Shown here: positions 1 through 10,248 of the stretch, piece by piece
Numbering within the stretch: the stretch's first letter is position 1
Layout: each line of letters opens with the position of its first letter
NCBI GenBank assembly: GCA_964448605.1
Contig: CAYUZV010000007.1
Span: forward strand, 3,765-60,231
Length of the DNA: 56,467 bases
DNA from: Candidatus Woesearchaeota archaeon
GTDB taxonomy: Archaea; Nanobdellota; Nanobdellia; Pacearchaeales; GW2011-AR1
Reading direction: 5' to 3'
The notes under the pieces: generated by a model
Told to the model about the DNA's origin: nothing
Database searches by the model: none
Seen by the model: the letters and a program-made list of their open reading frames with translations, nothing else
Made by a program: the position numbers and the translations under genes

Positions 1-112
1 CTCCCATTTGAATAATCTTTATGCCAATTAAAAATAACTGATTATCCAAATGCTCAACTCCCATTTGAATAATCTTTATGCCAATTAAAAATAACTGATT
101 ATCCAAATGCTC
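1..112. repeat. Exact 55-bp direct duplication at the window start (1-55 and 58-112)
   Basis: CTCCCATTTG...CCAAATGCTC occurs twice with a 57-bp period. The second copy overlaps the EF-1beta stop codon. Probable contig-end artefact. Confidence 0.85.
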
Positions 113-371
113 GCCTAAAATCAGCGATTTCTGCAGATTTGACATTTTCGATTTCTTTTAATTTGTCTTCGAAAATTCCTGTTTGGATTGATTCATCTAT
201 AGAAAAAGAAGCTATTAGTGCTTTTAGTCCAAAGGCAATTGGTTGTTCTTCAAATAAGGGGTTTTTTCCTTCATTTTCTGATATAATTGATTTTGCCTTT
301 TCTTTAATTTCATCTAAATTTGTTTCAGGTGATTCAGGCATTATTTTTATTTGCAAAAGTGCTGTTCCCAT
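99..371 (-). CDS. ef1b: Archaeal translation elongation factor 1-beta
   Basis: From ATG 371, 90 aa: MGTALLQIKIMPESPETNLDEI...EEQPIAFGLKAL...IENVKSAEI, the aEF-1beta signature. Confidence 0.93.
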   Translation of the reverse strand: MGTALLQIKIMPESPETNLDEIKEKAKSIISENEGKNPLFEEQPIAFGLKALIASFSIDESIQTGIFEDKLKEIENVKSAEIADFRRAFG

Positions 372-473
372 AGAATTCCTAATTAATCGGACTTTTAAAT
401 GTTTTGTTTTTGAATTAAACCACCATAATTCTTTTAAACAAAAATTGGTTCTCAAAATAATAAAAGTGTGAAA

Positions 474-1406
474 ATGGAAGGAAATTATCAACAATTAATA
501 GAGTTTATATCTCAGAATTCAGGAGTTTCGATTGAAGAGATTGAGAGGAAGGTAGAGGCAAAAAAAGCGAAGCTTTCTGATTTGATTAGTAAGGAAGGTG
601 CTGCTCAGATAATTGCAGCAGAACTTAATGTAAATTTTGACAAGCAGGTGATTAAGATATCGCAGATTGTTGCGGGAATGAGGAAAATAAATTTGGTTGG
701 AAAGGTTATTAATATTTTTCCAATAAGAGAGTTTAATAAAAATGGCAGGAGTGGAAGAGTTGGAAGTTTTGTTTTAGCTGATGAGACAAGTAATACAAGA
801 ATCGTTTTATGGGATGAAAATCATATTAGTTTAGTTGAAAAAGGGGAGATTGTTCAGGATAGAGTTGTTGAAATAACTAATGCTAATGTAAGGAATGGGG
901 AAATTCATTTGGGTTCTTTTTCTGAAATAAAGCTTTCTGAAAAAGTTATTGAGAATGTGAAAACTGAAAAGCCGGTTTTGGAAAAGAATATTTGTAATTT
1001 TAATACTAATGAGAGTTTGTGCACAAGAGCTTTTATTGTGAATTTATTTGAACCTAAATTTTTTGAGGTTTGTCCTGAATGCAGAAAAAAGGTTTCAGAA
1101 GCAGGAGAGTGTCAGGAACATGGAAAGGTTATTCCAGAAAGGAGATGTTTATTAGGATTAGTTATTGATGATGGAACTGAATCAATAAGGGCTACGATTT
1201 TTTCAGATGAATTGCAGAAAATCATTCCTAAGGAAGAATTGGAAAATAGCGAACTTTTTTCAAAGAGAAAGAGTGAATTATTAGGAAGTGAGAAAAAAAT
1301 AAAAGGCAGGACACGAAGAAATTCAATGTTTGATAGAGATGATTTTATAGTTGAGGAAATGGAAGATGTTAATCTTGATGAATTGATTGCAGAGTTGGAG
1401 AAATGA
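474..1406 (+). CDS. Replication protein A / ssDNA-binding OB-fold protein with Zn finger
   Basis: N-terminal helical domain (LISKEGAAQIIA), OB fold (GKVINIF...LADETSNTRIVLWD), CPEC...CQEH Zn ribbon, second OB fold (IDDGTESIRATIF). Confidence 0.88.
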   Translation: MEGNYQQLIEFISQNSGVSIEEIERKVEAKKAKLSDLISKEGAAQIIAAELNVNFDKQVIKISQIVAGMRKINLVGKVINIFPIREFNKNGRSGRVGSFVLADETSNTRIVLWDENHISLVEKGEIVQDRVVEITNANVRNGEIHLGSFSEIKLSEKVIENVKTEKPVLEKNICNFNTNESLCTRAFIVNLFEPKFFEVCPECRKKVSEAGECQEHGKVIPERRCLLGLVIDDGTESIRATIFSDELQKIIPKEELENSELFSKRKSELLGSEKKIKGRTRRNSMFDRDDFIVEEMEDVNLDELIAELEK

Positions 1407-1555
1407 TTATTCAGTTTTTTTAGGTTCGTAACCTTGAGGATACTTTCCGAACTGTTCTTTATAGATTTCAGCCAAAAGCCTCTCACTATTTTATAGGGGT
1501 TTCCACAATTTCAATCTGACTTCTCTCTGTAGGATTTTGATCTCTTTGTTCTATT

Positions 1556-1714
1556 TTAATTATCTTTTACCAACTGCGAATTAATTAATTTATTCTGCTC
1601 TTTGCTCCACTCTTCATCATTGTGATTTTTAATAAACTGCACCCAATATCTTATAAAATTGAATCTATCTTCTTGATTATTTTTTCCAGGTTTCATAAAA
1701 ATTTTCTTTTCCAT
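1556..1714 (-). CDS. Small 52-aa protein, likely partner of the upstream nucleotidyltransferase
   Basis: Below the ORF-track cutoff; read manually as MEKKIFMKPGKNNQEDRFNFIRYWVQFIKNHNDEEWSKEQNKLINSQLVKDN*. Starts 1 nt after the upstream stop. Confidence 0.65.
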   Translation of the reverse strand: MEKKIFMKPGKNNQEDRFNFIRYWVQFIKNHNDEEWSKEQNKLINSQLVKDN

Positions 1715-1715
1715 T

Positions 1716-2252
1716 TTAATCTTTTATATTCTTAACAATTTCCTTAAGTTTATTAACTTTATTATAGTCAATTTTATCTTTAAACAATTCTTCTATATGA
1801 AGAGAATCTTCTATATCCTTATTTGATTTAAGGTAATATCTTTTAAATGCAATATGCCTCTCAAATGAAGAAATTTTAATTTCACCACCTGAAAGTTTAA
1901 CTTTAATAAAATCCTTAAAAGTTTCTTTATCTATTTCTCTCTTTGGAAATTTAATTTCAAAATTAGGGATAGGACTTTTTCCTTTTGCAAACCTTATTGC
2001 AAGTCCATCATTTAAATAGGAAAAAACTTCTGAAACATTTTTAGCATTTAAACACCAAAATCCATTTTCCCTTAAATTCTTATAAAACTCTTTGAATTTC
2101 TCAAAAGAAATTCTTTTAATATAAATATCAACATCCTCGGTTGCCCTTGCTCTTCCAAGTAAAATAGATACATAACCTAAAATAACAATATAGTCAGTAT
2201 GCCTCTCTAAAATTCTCAAAAAATCCAGAACAAAACTATCTAAATCATTCAA
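1716..2252 (-). CDS. Nucleotidyltransferase-fold protein (possible 5' frameshift)
   Basis: Motif GYVSILLGRARATEDVDI (G..x..DxD) and C-terminal K...K.IED.. An upstream ATG at 2293 is one base out of frame. Confidence 0.7.
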   Translation of the reverse strand: MNDLDSFVLDFLRILERHTDYIVILGYVSILLGRARATEDVDIYIKRISFEKFKEFYKNLRENGFWCLNAKNVSEVFSYLNDGLAIRFAKGKSPIPNFEIKFPKREIDKETFKDFIKVKLSGGEIKISSFERHIAFKRYYLKSNKDIEDSLHIEELFKDKIDYNKVNKLKEIVKNIKD

Positions 2253-2333
2253 TTCTTTATTTAAAATTCTTTTTTATCTTTATAATATTTCATTTCTAAT
2301 CAAGCAAAAAAGAGTATATATTGATTTCTATGT

Positions 2334-5300
2334 TTATTTTTCACTGTTTTCATTAATAATTGGTTCTTTTTTTCTTGTAGAAACATCTTTTGTGTTTTTT
2401 GTTAGGTATTCAACACTTTTGTCTTTTTTTTGTTTTTCACTTGTTAAGGGTCCTGTAACTTCAACCATTAATCCTGGAAGTCCTGTTCCAACCGGGACTG
2501 GTTGATTGAGTATTATATTTTCAATGACTGAATTTAGTTCGTCTTTATTGTCTTTTAGTGTTGCATTGATGAATTGTTTTACAGGGGTTTCAAAACTTGC
2601 TCTTGCAATGATACTGCTTTTTTGAGATATTATACCCATTCTTGTAATTCCTCTTACTATTCCTGTTGAGGTCATTGCATCTGCAATTAGTTTTGAATGT
2701 CTGTCATCAATTTCTAATCCTTGTGAATTTTTGACTTTGTCAATTTCTTTGATAATTACTGCTCTTGCAACTTCAATTCCTAAGACATCAGCAACCTCAT
2801 GAATATCATTGCTAATTGTTCTAGAGGTATCAATACCTTTGAATTTTAGGATGTCAATTAGATTTGTTCCTGCTGTTAAAATAACGAAATCTTTTTCTCT
2901 TTTAACAACAAGTATTTGTTCAACTCCTTTTATACCTGAAATTTGAGTTTCTTTTAATTTTTCTTTTAGTTTATAAATTTCTTTATAATCTTTATCTTTT
3001 ACACTAATCACTATTAAATCTCCGTTTGCTTTGCATTTTTCACCGAGTTTTGGATTTTCATTTAGTCTTTTGACAATTGTTTCAATAGATGAATGAACAC
3101 TTTTAACAGAATCTTTGTCTACAATGGCCTCAATCTTTTTTTCACCAAAGTTTATTTTTATTTCTTTTATGATGTCTTTTAATCTTACTTCCTGGATTTT
3201 TTCAGCAATGACTCTTGCATTTTTTTCATTATTGTGTTCTTTATCAAGATAGATTTCCATTTCAGGAGTTGAGGGTGTTTTTCTTGCATCAAAAATTTCA
3301 ATTAAACGGGGAAGTCCTGAAGTAACTTGCATTTCTGCAACACCTGCAAAGTGGAAAACATTCAGTGCCATTTGGGTACTTGGTTCTCCGAAGGATTGAG
3401 CAGTGACAATACCGATTGCTTCTCCGGGTTGTATTGGTTTTTCGAGATGAATTTTAGAGACATCTTTGTCATCTTCTCCGTATAAGAATTGGATTATTCT
3501 TCCACCTCCGTCCCGGACTGTTTTATCATATTCTATTCTGATATCTTGCAGTGCATTTGCTAATCTTCTGTATAAATAACCTGATTTAGGTGTTCTTAGG
3601 GCAGTATCCATTAAAGCATCTCTTCCAGTTATAGCTCCGAAAAAGAATTCATAAGGTTCTAAACCCTCTAAAAATGATTTATAGATAAAGCCTCTTGATT
3701 TGGGTGATAAATCTCCTTTTTTGAAGAAACTTAGTGTTCGGTTATTGAAACCGATTCCGATTCTTTTAGCCCATAATGTTTGCTGTCCTACACAGCAAGC
3801 CATTTGAGTAATGTTTAGAACACTTCCGCCTGAACCTGAATTAATCATTATACTGACAGGATTTCTTTCATAAACTTCTTTTTCAACTTCTTTACCAATT
3901 TTTGTTCTAATTGCATTTAATGTCTGTAAAATTTTAATTTCTCTTGATTCTTCTGAACTTTTACCTGGTATTATATCAAGTTTTCCCTGATTGAAACTGT
4001 TGATTATTTCATTTGTTTCTTTTTCTGCTTCAGAAATTATGTCCTGAGTTGTTTTTTTGACTTTTTCACTAACATTTAAATCATCAACAGAAATTGTAAA
4101 TCCGTGTTGAGAAAGATAGTTAGTTCCAAGTGTGAAAATGTTTTCAAGATTTTCAATTGTTTTTTCTCTTCCAACTTCTTTATCAAGGACCTTCAAAAGA
4201 TTTCCAGATTCAACTCCAAAAAGGTTTTCATCAACAATTCCAGTTTCAATTTTTCCGTTTTTAATTGATAGAGTTTCTCCTTTTTTTGTTTTTCCTTTAT
4301 AATCTATTTTTGGAATTATTTTTGAAAATAATTCTAATCCATTTGGATCTTTTTTAAAAGAAGATTCAATTCCGGATTGGTATAATAGTTGTGATGCATT
4401 TGCTTTTGTCAGAATATTTGAACTTAGAAGATAATTTCCTGTGACTGCATCAGCGACACATCCTAAGAGATTGCTGTTGTCCTTGCAGGAGATGAGATTA
4501 TTGTTGACATTCATAAGGATTTTTGCTTCTGCTTTTGCCTCTTCTGTTTGAGGAACATGGATGTTCATTTCGTCACCATCAAAATCTGCATTATAGGGAG
4601 GTGCTGTTGCAGGATGAATTCTGAATGTTTTATAAGGAAGAACTTTTACAAAGTGAGCCATTAAACTATTTTTGTGCAAGCTTGGATGTCGGTTGAATAA
4701 AACAACATCTCCATTAACTAATTGTCTTTCAACACTATAACCTGGTTCTAATTCTTCGAGAATTTCTTCTTTTAAATCAGGAGTGATTCTTTTTCTTCTT
4801 CCATCAGGTCTTATGATGTAATTTGAAGTAGGGTAATCTTCTTTTTTGATTATTTCTTTTAGTTTTTTAATATTTGCTTCAGTTACTTTTTCACTTACTG
4901 TTAGGATTTTTGCTATTTCAAAAGGAACTCCAATTTCATTTAGTTTTAGAGAGGGGTCTGGTGAGATGACTGTTCTTGAAGAAAAATTTACTCTTTTTCC
5001 AGCGAGATTGTGTCTAATTCTTCCTTCTTTACCCTTTATTCTTTCTGTGATTGTTTTTAGGGGTTGTCCTGAACGATGTCTTGCAGGTGGAATTTTTGCA
5101 ATTGAATTGTCAAAGAAAGTTGTTATATGGTATTGTAGCAAATCCCATAGGTCTTCAATAATTACTTCAGGAGCACCTGCATTAAGATTTTCCCATAATC
5201 TTTGATTTGCTCTAATTATATCTGAAAGTTTGTGAGTTAAATCATCTTCACTTCTTTCACCTGATTCTAATGTGATACTTGGTCTGACTGTAACTGAGGG

Positions 5301-5888
5301 AACGAGTAAAAGAGTTAAGATTGCCCATTCAGGTCTAAAAATTTTAGGGTCAATTCCAGCGAGTTTAGATTCTTCATCTGGAATTTTTGATAATTTTTCT
5401 CTTATATCGCTTGGGAATATTCTTCTTTTTCCCATTCTAAATGTTGTGGGTTTTTCTAGTTTGATTTTTTCCTGTTCTGCTTGGCAATGAGGACATTTTT
5501 TTGTGTCTTTTGCTCTTTTAACTTTGTCTTTTATTGTTTTGTATTTTTTGGCATCTTTATCTTTTAACATTAATTTGTGACATTCAGAACAATAACATCT
5601 TAAAAATAATTCAACAACAGGGACATATTTTATATGGACTACAGGTCTTGCTAATTCAATGCTTCCTGGATGTCCGAGACATTCTTTTAATCTTCCTCCA
5701 CAAGTTCTACATCTTACTCCAGGGTCAATTGCTCCTAATCTTAAATCCATTAAACCTCCGTCTACTGGATAACCATCTACATCATAAAGTTCAGGTGTTA
5801 TTATTTTTGCTTTTGCAATTTTTTTAATTTCTTCAGGACTTAGCAAACTAAATTGCAAACTTTCAACTTGTTTTCTTATTGCTTTCAT
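2334..5888 (-). CDS. rpoA: DNA-directed RNA polymerase largest subunit, fused A'+A'' (Rpo1N-Rpo1C)
   Basis: CRTC..C.GH Zn site, catalytic NADFDGD, bridge helix TPKSGYLYRRL, then the A'' motifs PGEAIG..AQSFGEPSTQM and RASFETP in the same ORF. Confidence 0.97.
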   Translation of the reverse strand: MKAIRKQVESLQFSLLSPEEIKKIAKAKIITPELYDVDGYPVDGGLMDLRLGAIDPGVRCRTCGGRLKECLGHPGSIELARPVVHIKYVPVVELFLRCYCSECHKLMLKDKDAKKYKTIKDKVKRAKDTKKCPHCQAEQEKIKLEKPTTFRMGKRRIFPSDIREKLSKIPDEESKLAGIDPKIFRPEWAILTLLLVPSVTVRPSITLESGERSEDDLTHKLSDIIRANQRLWENLNAGAPEVIIEDLWDLLQYHITTFFDNSIAKIPPARHRSGQPLKTITERIKGKEGRIRHNLAGKRVNFSSRTVISPDPSLKLNEIGVPFEIAKILTVSEKVTEANIKKLKEIIKKEDYPTSNYIIRPDGRRKRITPDLKEEILEELEPGYSVERQLVNGDVVLFNRHPSLHKNSLMAHFVKVLPYKTFRIHPATAPPYNADFDGDEMNIHVPQTEEAKAEAKILMNVNNNLISCKDNSNLLGCVADAVTGNYLLSSNILTKANASQLLYQSGIESSFKKDPNGLELFSKIIPKIDYKGKTKKGETLSIKNGKIETGIVDENLFGVESGNLLKVLDKEVGREKTIENLENIFTLGTNYLSQHGFTISVDDLNVSEKVKKTTQDIISEAEKETNEIINSFNQGKLDIIPGKSSEESREIKILQTLNAIRTKIGKEVEKEVYERNPVSIMINSGSGGSVLNITQMACCVGQQTLWAKRIGIGFNNRTLSFFKKGDLSPKSRGFIYKSFLEGLEPYEFFFGAITGRDALMDTALRTPKSGYLYRRLANALQDIRIEYDKTVRDGGGRIIQFLYGEDDKDVSKIHLEKPIQPGEAIGIVTAQSFGEPSTQMALNVFHFAGVAEMQVTSGLPRLIEIFDARKTPSTPEMEIYLDKEHNNEKNARVIAEKIQEVRLKDIIKEIKINFGEKKIEAIVDKDSVKSVHSSIETIVKRLNENPKLGEKCKANGDLIVISVKDKDYKEIYKLKEKLKETQISGIKGVEQILVVKREKDFVILTAGTNLIDILKFKGIDTSRTISNDIHEVADVLGIEVARAVIIKEIDKVKNSQGLEIDDRHSKLIADAMTSTGIVRGITRMGIISQKSSIIARASFETPVKQFINATLKDNKDELNSVIENIILNQPVPVGTGLPGLMVEVTGPLTSEKQKKDKSVEYLTKNTKDVSTRKKEPIINENSEK

Positions 5889-6124
5889 TTTTCTTTAAAC
5901 TTCCTGAATGTTGGACATTCATTTTTATAATCAGGAATTTTTGAACAGGCATATGCAATTCCAGGGTTTATCTCTCTGCAACCAGAGCAACAATTAAGTT
6001 CTATTTCAGCTTTTGAAAACTGAACAGAACCTTCTTCATCTCTATGAAAGAGAGTTAAATCATCATGAGCACTTAGATTAGGTTCTATTACTTCTAATTC
6101 GTCTTTTCTTGCCATTTTATTCAT
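5885..6124 (-). CDS. Small Cys-rich hypothetical protein inside the rpo operon
   Basis: Overlaps the rpoB stop and rpoA start. CCSGC...C...C pattern. Confidence 0.6.
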   Translation of the reverse strand: MNKMARKDELEVIEPNLSAHDDLTLFHRDEEGSVQFSKAEIELNCCSGCREINPGIAYACSKIPDYKNECPTFRKFKEK

Positions 6125-9100
6125 ATTTATTTTTTAAGTTAAATTTAGTTCGAATGTGCATTCCTTGTATTTCATCGACAAGTAATTTGAATGCATAAGA
6201 TATTTCTACAGGTTCGATTTCCTGGCTGTTGCACATTGGACAGACGAGTTTTTTTCTTATGCTGTCTTCAATTGCAATTCCTCCGCATTTTGAACAAATG
6301 TGTAAAATTACTTTATCTGAATCATATCTTTCTTTTAATAACAAAGATGCTCCGTGTGCAACTAATGCTTGTTGTTCCATTTCACCTAATCTTAGTGCTC
6401 CACCTTTTGCTCTTCCTTCAATTGGTTGTCTTGTTAATAGTGTTACTTTTCCAGATGCACGAGCATGAAGTTTGTTGCTTACCATGTATTTTAATTTAAG
6501 ATAATACATATCTCCAAGGTAGATTTTTACATCCATCATTTTTCCAGTGATTCCATTGTAGATTGTTTCTTTGCCGTCTGCTCTGAATCCAAGTTCCTGA
6601 AGTTGGTTTTCTAAGTCTTCAATTTTTTGTCCTGAAAAACCTGTTCCATCAATGATTTTTCCAGAAAGACAACCTACTTTTCCTGCAAGTAATTCTATTA
6701 AATATCCAACAGTCATTCTGCTTGGAATTCCGTGAGGATTGAAAATTAAATCTGGTTTTATTCCTTTTGATGTGAAAGGCATGTCATTTTCAGGAATTAT
6801 TGCTCCGATTATTCCTTTTTGACCATGAGTTGTTGCGAATTTATCTCCTAATTCTGGAATTCTTAAGTCACGAGTTCTTACTCTTATAACTTTATTACCT
6901 TGTCCATCTTCTGTTACAAAAACAGCATCAATAACTCCTTCTTCTTCTTGTCTTATTACTGAACTTGCTTCTTTTTTAGCTTTAATAGAAATTTCTCTAA
7001 CTTCTGAAAGGAATTTAGGTGGTGAGATTTTACCTATTACAACTTCTCCTGAATTTAGTTTTGCTTCTGGATATACGATTCCGTCGTCTTCTAAAAATTT
7101 ATAGCTTTCTTCATTTCTGTAACCTGAAACATCTTTGTCAGGAATTGAAATTTCATCTTTTAAACCTCCTGCGTAGTTTAGTTCAACAGAGGTATAAGGA
7201 CGATAGTATGTGCTTCTTCCTAATCCCCTGTCGACAGAACCTTTATTTAGAACTAATGCATCTTCCATGTTGTAACCTTCGTGAGTCATTATTGCAATAA
7301 CTACATTTTGCCCAGCTGGATGAACATTCATAGTATCATAAATGAAACTTCGGACAATTGGTTTTTGAGAGTAGTGGAGAATATTTACATCAGTGTCTAT
7401 TCTACATAAGAAATTTGCAGCGTAAAGTCCTAATGCCTGTTTTTGTGTTTTACTTCCTCTGTTCAATCTACTTGACTGGTCATAATTTGCATAAGGAACT
7501 AAAGAAGTTACGATTCCAAGGAAGTCAATTTTATCAATTTCCAGATGAGTATGACTTTCAGTTAAATCGTTTTTTGTTAGGGCAACAAGAGCGTTTTCTT
7601 CTTCAGCAGCATCAATGTATTCAATTATTCCTTCTTTAATTAAATCATCCCACCTTAAAGAACTTTCTTTAATTAATTGAATATGTTCTTTTTTTAATCT
7701 TGCTTCTCCGTTTTCAACAATTATTACAGGTCTCATTACTCTTCCTACCTCTGTTGATAAAAGAATGCTATCCAGTGCTTCATTATGGGTTATGCTTAAT
7801 TCAGCAGGAAGGTCCTGGCCTCTTCTTCTTTCTTTTAGATTTTTTACAAATTCAAATGAATTTTCAACATATCCGATAAATCTTCCATTGAAAAAAATGT
7901 CATTTCCTTTTTCTTCAATGTCTTTTTTCATTCCACATTCAACAAGAATTTTTGTTAATCTTTCATCATCCATATCTGCTCTTGTTGATATTCTTGAGAG
8001 AATTGCTAAATTTTTTCTTAATCCAATTTCAGTTCCTTCAGGAGTTTCAACAGGACAGAATCTTCCATAGTGTGTTGGATGAAGAGTTCTTGCTAAGAAA
8101 TTTTCCTGTTCGCCTGGAAGCATACTTGAAACTCTTTGCAATTGTGAGAGAATAGCAAGATAATTTGTCTTGTCCATATTTTGTGTAACACCACTTCTTT
8201 CACCTATCCAATTTCCTGTTGCAATTGCTGATTCAACTCTGTGAGTGAATAGTGTTGATTTTGCAATTGTTTTTATTGAATAAAATTTTTTTCTTTTTTG
8301 AACTTTTTGAAGTGAATGTTGAATGTCTCTTAAAAGAATGTTCATATTTATTCTGAATAAATCTCCTAATAAATCTCCGGACATTCTGACTCTTTTGTTT
8401 GCATAATGGTCTTTGTCAGTTAGATTTTCCGGATTGTCTTTTGCAACAAAAAATTGTTTTATAAATTTGCAGAGTGTTATTGCTTTTTCAATTCTATGTT
8501 CTTTTTTTAATCCAATGTGAGGAAGAAAGTAAGAGTCAATTCTTTGTTTTATTCTGTCGAGGATTTCTTTTTTTGTTCCTTGCAATGATGTTTTTTCTGC
8601 GATTTCCATCATTGCTTCTTCTTCGTTTTGGATGTTTGCGTATTCGTATAAATTGACAATCAGGCTGTCGTTTTCTTTACCTATGTATTTTGCAATATCA
8701 CTTTCTTTTGTCATTCCAAGTGCTTTAAGAATTATTATTACTGGAATGTTTCTGAATCTTGAGAAACTGACTTCAAGAATTCCTTCGTTTGTGTCTGTTA
8801 GTGAGACTGGAATTCTGTAACTTCCTCTTTTTGAGAACAATCTTAGCATAATTCTGTCTTTTGCTTTTTCAATGAAGGGTTGGTTTTCTGCTAAATCTTC
8901 TGTCATTACAATGACTCTTTCATTTCCATTGATTATGAAATATCCACCAGGTTCCTGAGGGTCTATGTAGTTTTTTATTAGTTCTTCTTTGTCCATTCCG
9001 TAAAGATTACAAAGTTCGCTTTTAACAATCATAGGTATTTTTCCTATCTCAACATCATGGCTTTCAATTTGTCCCATTTGTTTTATTGTTATTTCAACAT

Positions 9101-9389
9101 GAACTGGTGCAGAATATGTTAATCCTCTGATTCTTGCTTCAGCAGGAGTTATTAAATGAGAGCTTCCATCTGCCTCAAAAATTTGAGGTTTATCAACACG
9201 AATTCTTTCAAGTTTTATTTCAACATCTTCAGAATCAATTGTTTCATTAAGTTCTTCAATAATTTCCTGCATTCTGTAATTTATGAAATTATTAAAGCTT
9301 CTAATGTTTGATTCAACAAGATTATGGTCTTCTAAATACTTTTCAATTAAAATATGTTCTTCGTTTTTGTCTTGTTTTTGGATTTGCAT
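6117..9389 (-). CDS. rpoB: DNA-directed RNA polymerase subunit B (unsplit Rpo2)
   Basis: GGYFIING.ERV, CPVETPEG, GDKFATTHGQKG, GGALRLGEME and C-terminal CSKC..CPMC. Likely start ATG 9389. Confidence 0.97.
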   Translation of the reverse strand: MQIQKQDKNEEHILIEKYLEDHNLVESNIRSFNNFINYRMQEIIEELNETIDSEDVEIKLERIRVDKPQIFEADGSSHLITPAEARIRGLTYSAPVHVEITIKQMGQIESHDVEIGKIPMIVKSELCNLYGMDKEELIKNYIDPQEPGGYFIINGNERVIVMTEDLAENQPFIEKAKDRIMLRLFSKRGSYRIPVSLTDTNEGILEVSFSRFRNIPVIIILKALGMTKESDIAKYIGKENDSLIVNLYEYANIQNEEEAMMEIAEKTSLQGTKKEILDRIKQRIDSYFLPHIGLKKEHRIEKAITLCKFIKQFFVAKDNPENLTDKDHYANKRVRMSGDLLGDLFRINMNILLRDIQHSLQKVQKRKKFYSIKTIAKSTLFTHRVESAIATGNWIGERSGVTQNMDKTNYLAILSQLQRVSSMLPGEQENFLARTLHPTHYGRFCPVETPEGTEIGLRKNLAILSRISTRADMDDERLTKILVECGMKKDIEEKGNDIFFNGRFIGYVENSFEFVKNLKERRRGQDLPAELSITHNEALDSILLSTEVGRVMRPVIIVENGEARLKKEHIQLIKESSLRWDDLIKEGIIEYIDAAEEENALVALTKNDLTESHTHLEIDKIDFLGIVTSLVPYANYDQSSRLNRGSKTQKQALGLYAANFLCRIDTDVNILHYSQKPIVRSFIYDTMNVHPAGQNVVIAIMTHEGYNMEDALVLNKGSVDRGLGRSTYYRPYTSVELNYAGGLKDEISIPDKDVSGYRNEESYKFLEDDGIVYPEAKLNSGEVVIGKISPPKFLSEVREISIKAKKEASSVIRQEEEGVIDAVFVTEDGQGNKVIRVRTRDLRIPELGDKFATTHGQKGIIGAIIPENDMPFTSKGIKPDLIFNPHGIPSRMTVGYLIELLAGKVGCLSGKIIDGTGFSGQKIEDLENQLQELGFRADGKETIYNGITGKMMDVKIYLGDMYYLKLKYMVSNKLHARASGKVTLLTRQPIEGRAKGGALRLGEMEQQALVAHGASLLLKERYDSDKVILHICSKCGGIAIEDSIRKKLVCPMCNSQEIEPVEISYAFKLLVDEIQGMHIRTKFNLKNKYE

Positions 9390-9390
9390 T

Positions 9391-9600
9391 TTAAACAATA
9401 ACTACTCTGTAGTAGATGAATTTTTTACTTTCTTTCTCTCTTTCAATTTCTACAATATCACCAATCTCGAAGTCATCTGAAAGAGAAGGGTCTGAAATTT
9501 TTATTTTTGGAAGTTGTGTGCGAGAAATATTGTATTTTTTAAGAAGTTTCTCACTCTCTTCATTAGATAGTTTTCTCTGTTTGGGCTGTAAAATATGCAT
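9391..9600 (-). CDS. rpoH: RNA polymerase subunit H (Rpo5)
   Basis: MHILQPK...QLPKIKISDP...GDIVEIER...YYRVV. First gene of the rpoHBA operon. Confidence 0.95.
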   Translation of the reverse strand: MHILQPKQRKLSNEESEKLLKKYNISRTQLPKIKISDPSLSDDFEIGDIVEIEREKESKKFIYYRVVIV

Positions 9601-9755
9601 TTTAATCCTGACCAGTTTATCCAAAAATTAACCTTTACAACTTTATAATAATAAACTATCAAAAGAAAGGTTTATAAACTTTTCGTTGGGTGGTTTTTTT
9701 GGATGTCGGAGATTTCAATCAAAACCTATTTATACCCCTTTCTCTATAGATTAGT

Positions 9756-10247
9756 ATGAAAAAGAGGAAAGCAGTTTCGCCATTAGTATCAACAGTACTT
9801 TTGATAATGATAGTTGTGGTTTTGGCATTGATAATTATTATGTGGTCAGGTGTTTTTTTTAAAGAGGCATTGACAAAGGAAATTTTTGGAAATAAAAAAA
9901 CAGCAGAGCAGTATTGTTCAGAGATTTCTGTTGAGGCTATTCTTAATGATGATGGAAAGTTTGGATTAAGGAATACTGGAAATGTTCCTATTTATGCAAT
10001 TAATTTGCAGTTGTCTGGTGAGGGAAGTTCAGATATTGTAAAAATAGAACAAGGGGAGGGGGGAAGGATAAATCCAAGTTATTCTTCACTTATACAGGAT
10101 TCAGAAAATTTTGAAGGAGATGGTGATGGTTATTTTGATTATAATAAATATGAAAAAATAAAATTAATTCCAATAATTCTTGCAAAATCTAAATCAGGGA
10201 AAAATCAAGAGTATCAATGTCCTGAAAGGAATGCGATTATAATTTAA
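9756..10247 (+). CDS. Archaeal type IV pilin-like protein
   Basis: Class III signal peptide KRKA|VSPLVSTVLLI followed by a hydrophobic helix. Confidence 0.85.
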   Translation: MKKRKAVSPLVSTVLLIMIVVVLALIIIMWSGVFFKEALTKEIFGNKKTAEQYCSEISVEAILNDDGKFGLRNTGNVPIYAINLQLSGEGSSDIVKIEQGEGGRINPSYSSLIQDSENFEGDGDGYFDYNKYEKIKLIPIILAKSKSGKNQEYQCPERNAIII

Positions 10248-10248
10248 A

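Noticed and set aside
1-112. Possible CRISPR or tandem repeat at the start
   Set aside because: Only two 55-bp copies separated by 2 nt, no spacers, located at the contig edge. Artefact more likely.
2334-9398. Inteins in the RNA polymerase subunits (also considered for RtcB and the helicase)
   Set aside because: Lengths are normal or short, and no intein-sized insertion or splice motifs were seen.
4846-9631. Numerous + strand ORFs opposite the rpo genes, and similar shadow ORFs elsewhere
   Set aside because: They are antisense or alternate-frame shadows of well-supported genes and carry no recognisable motifs.
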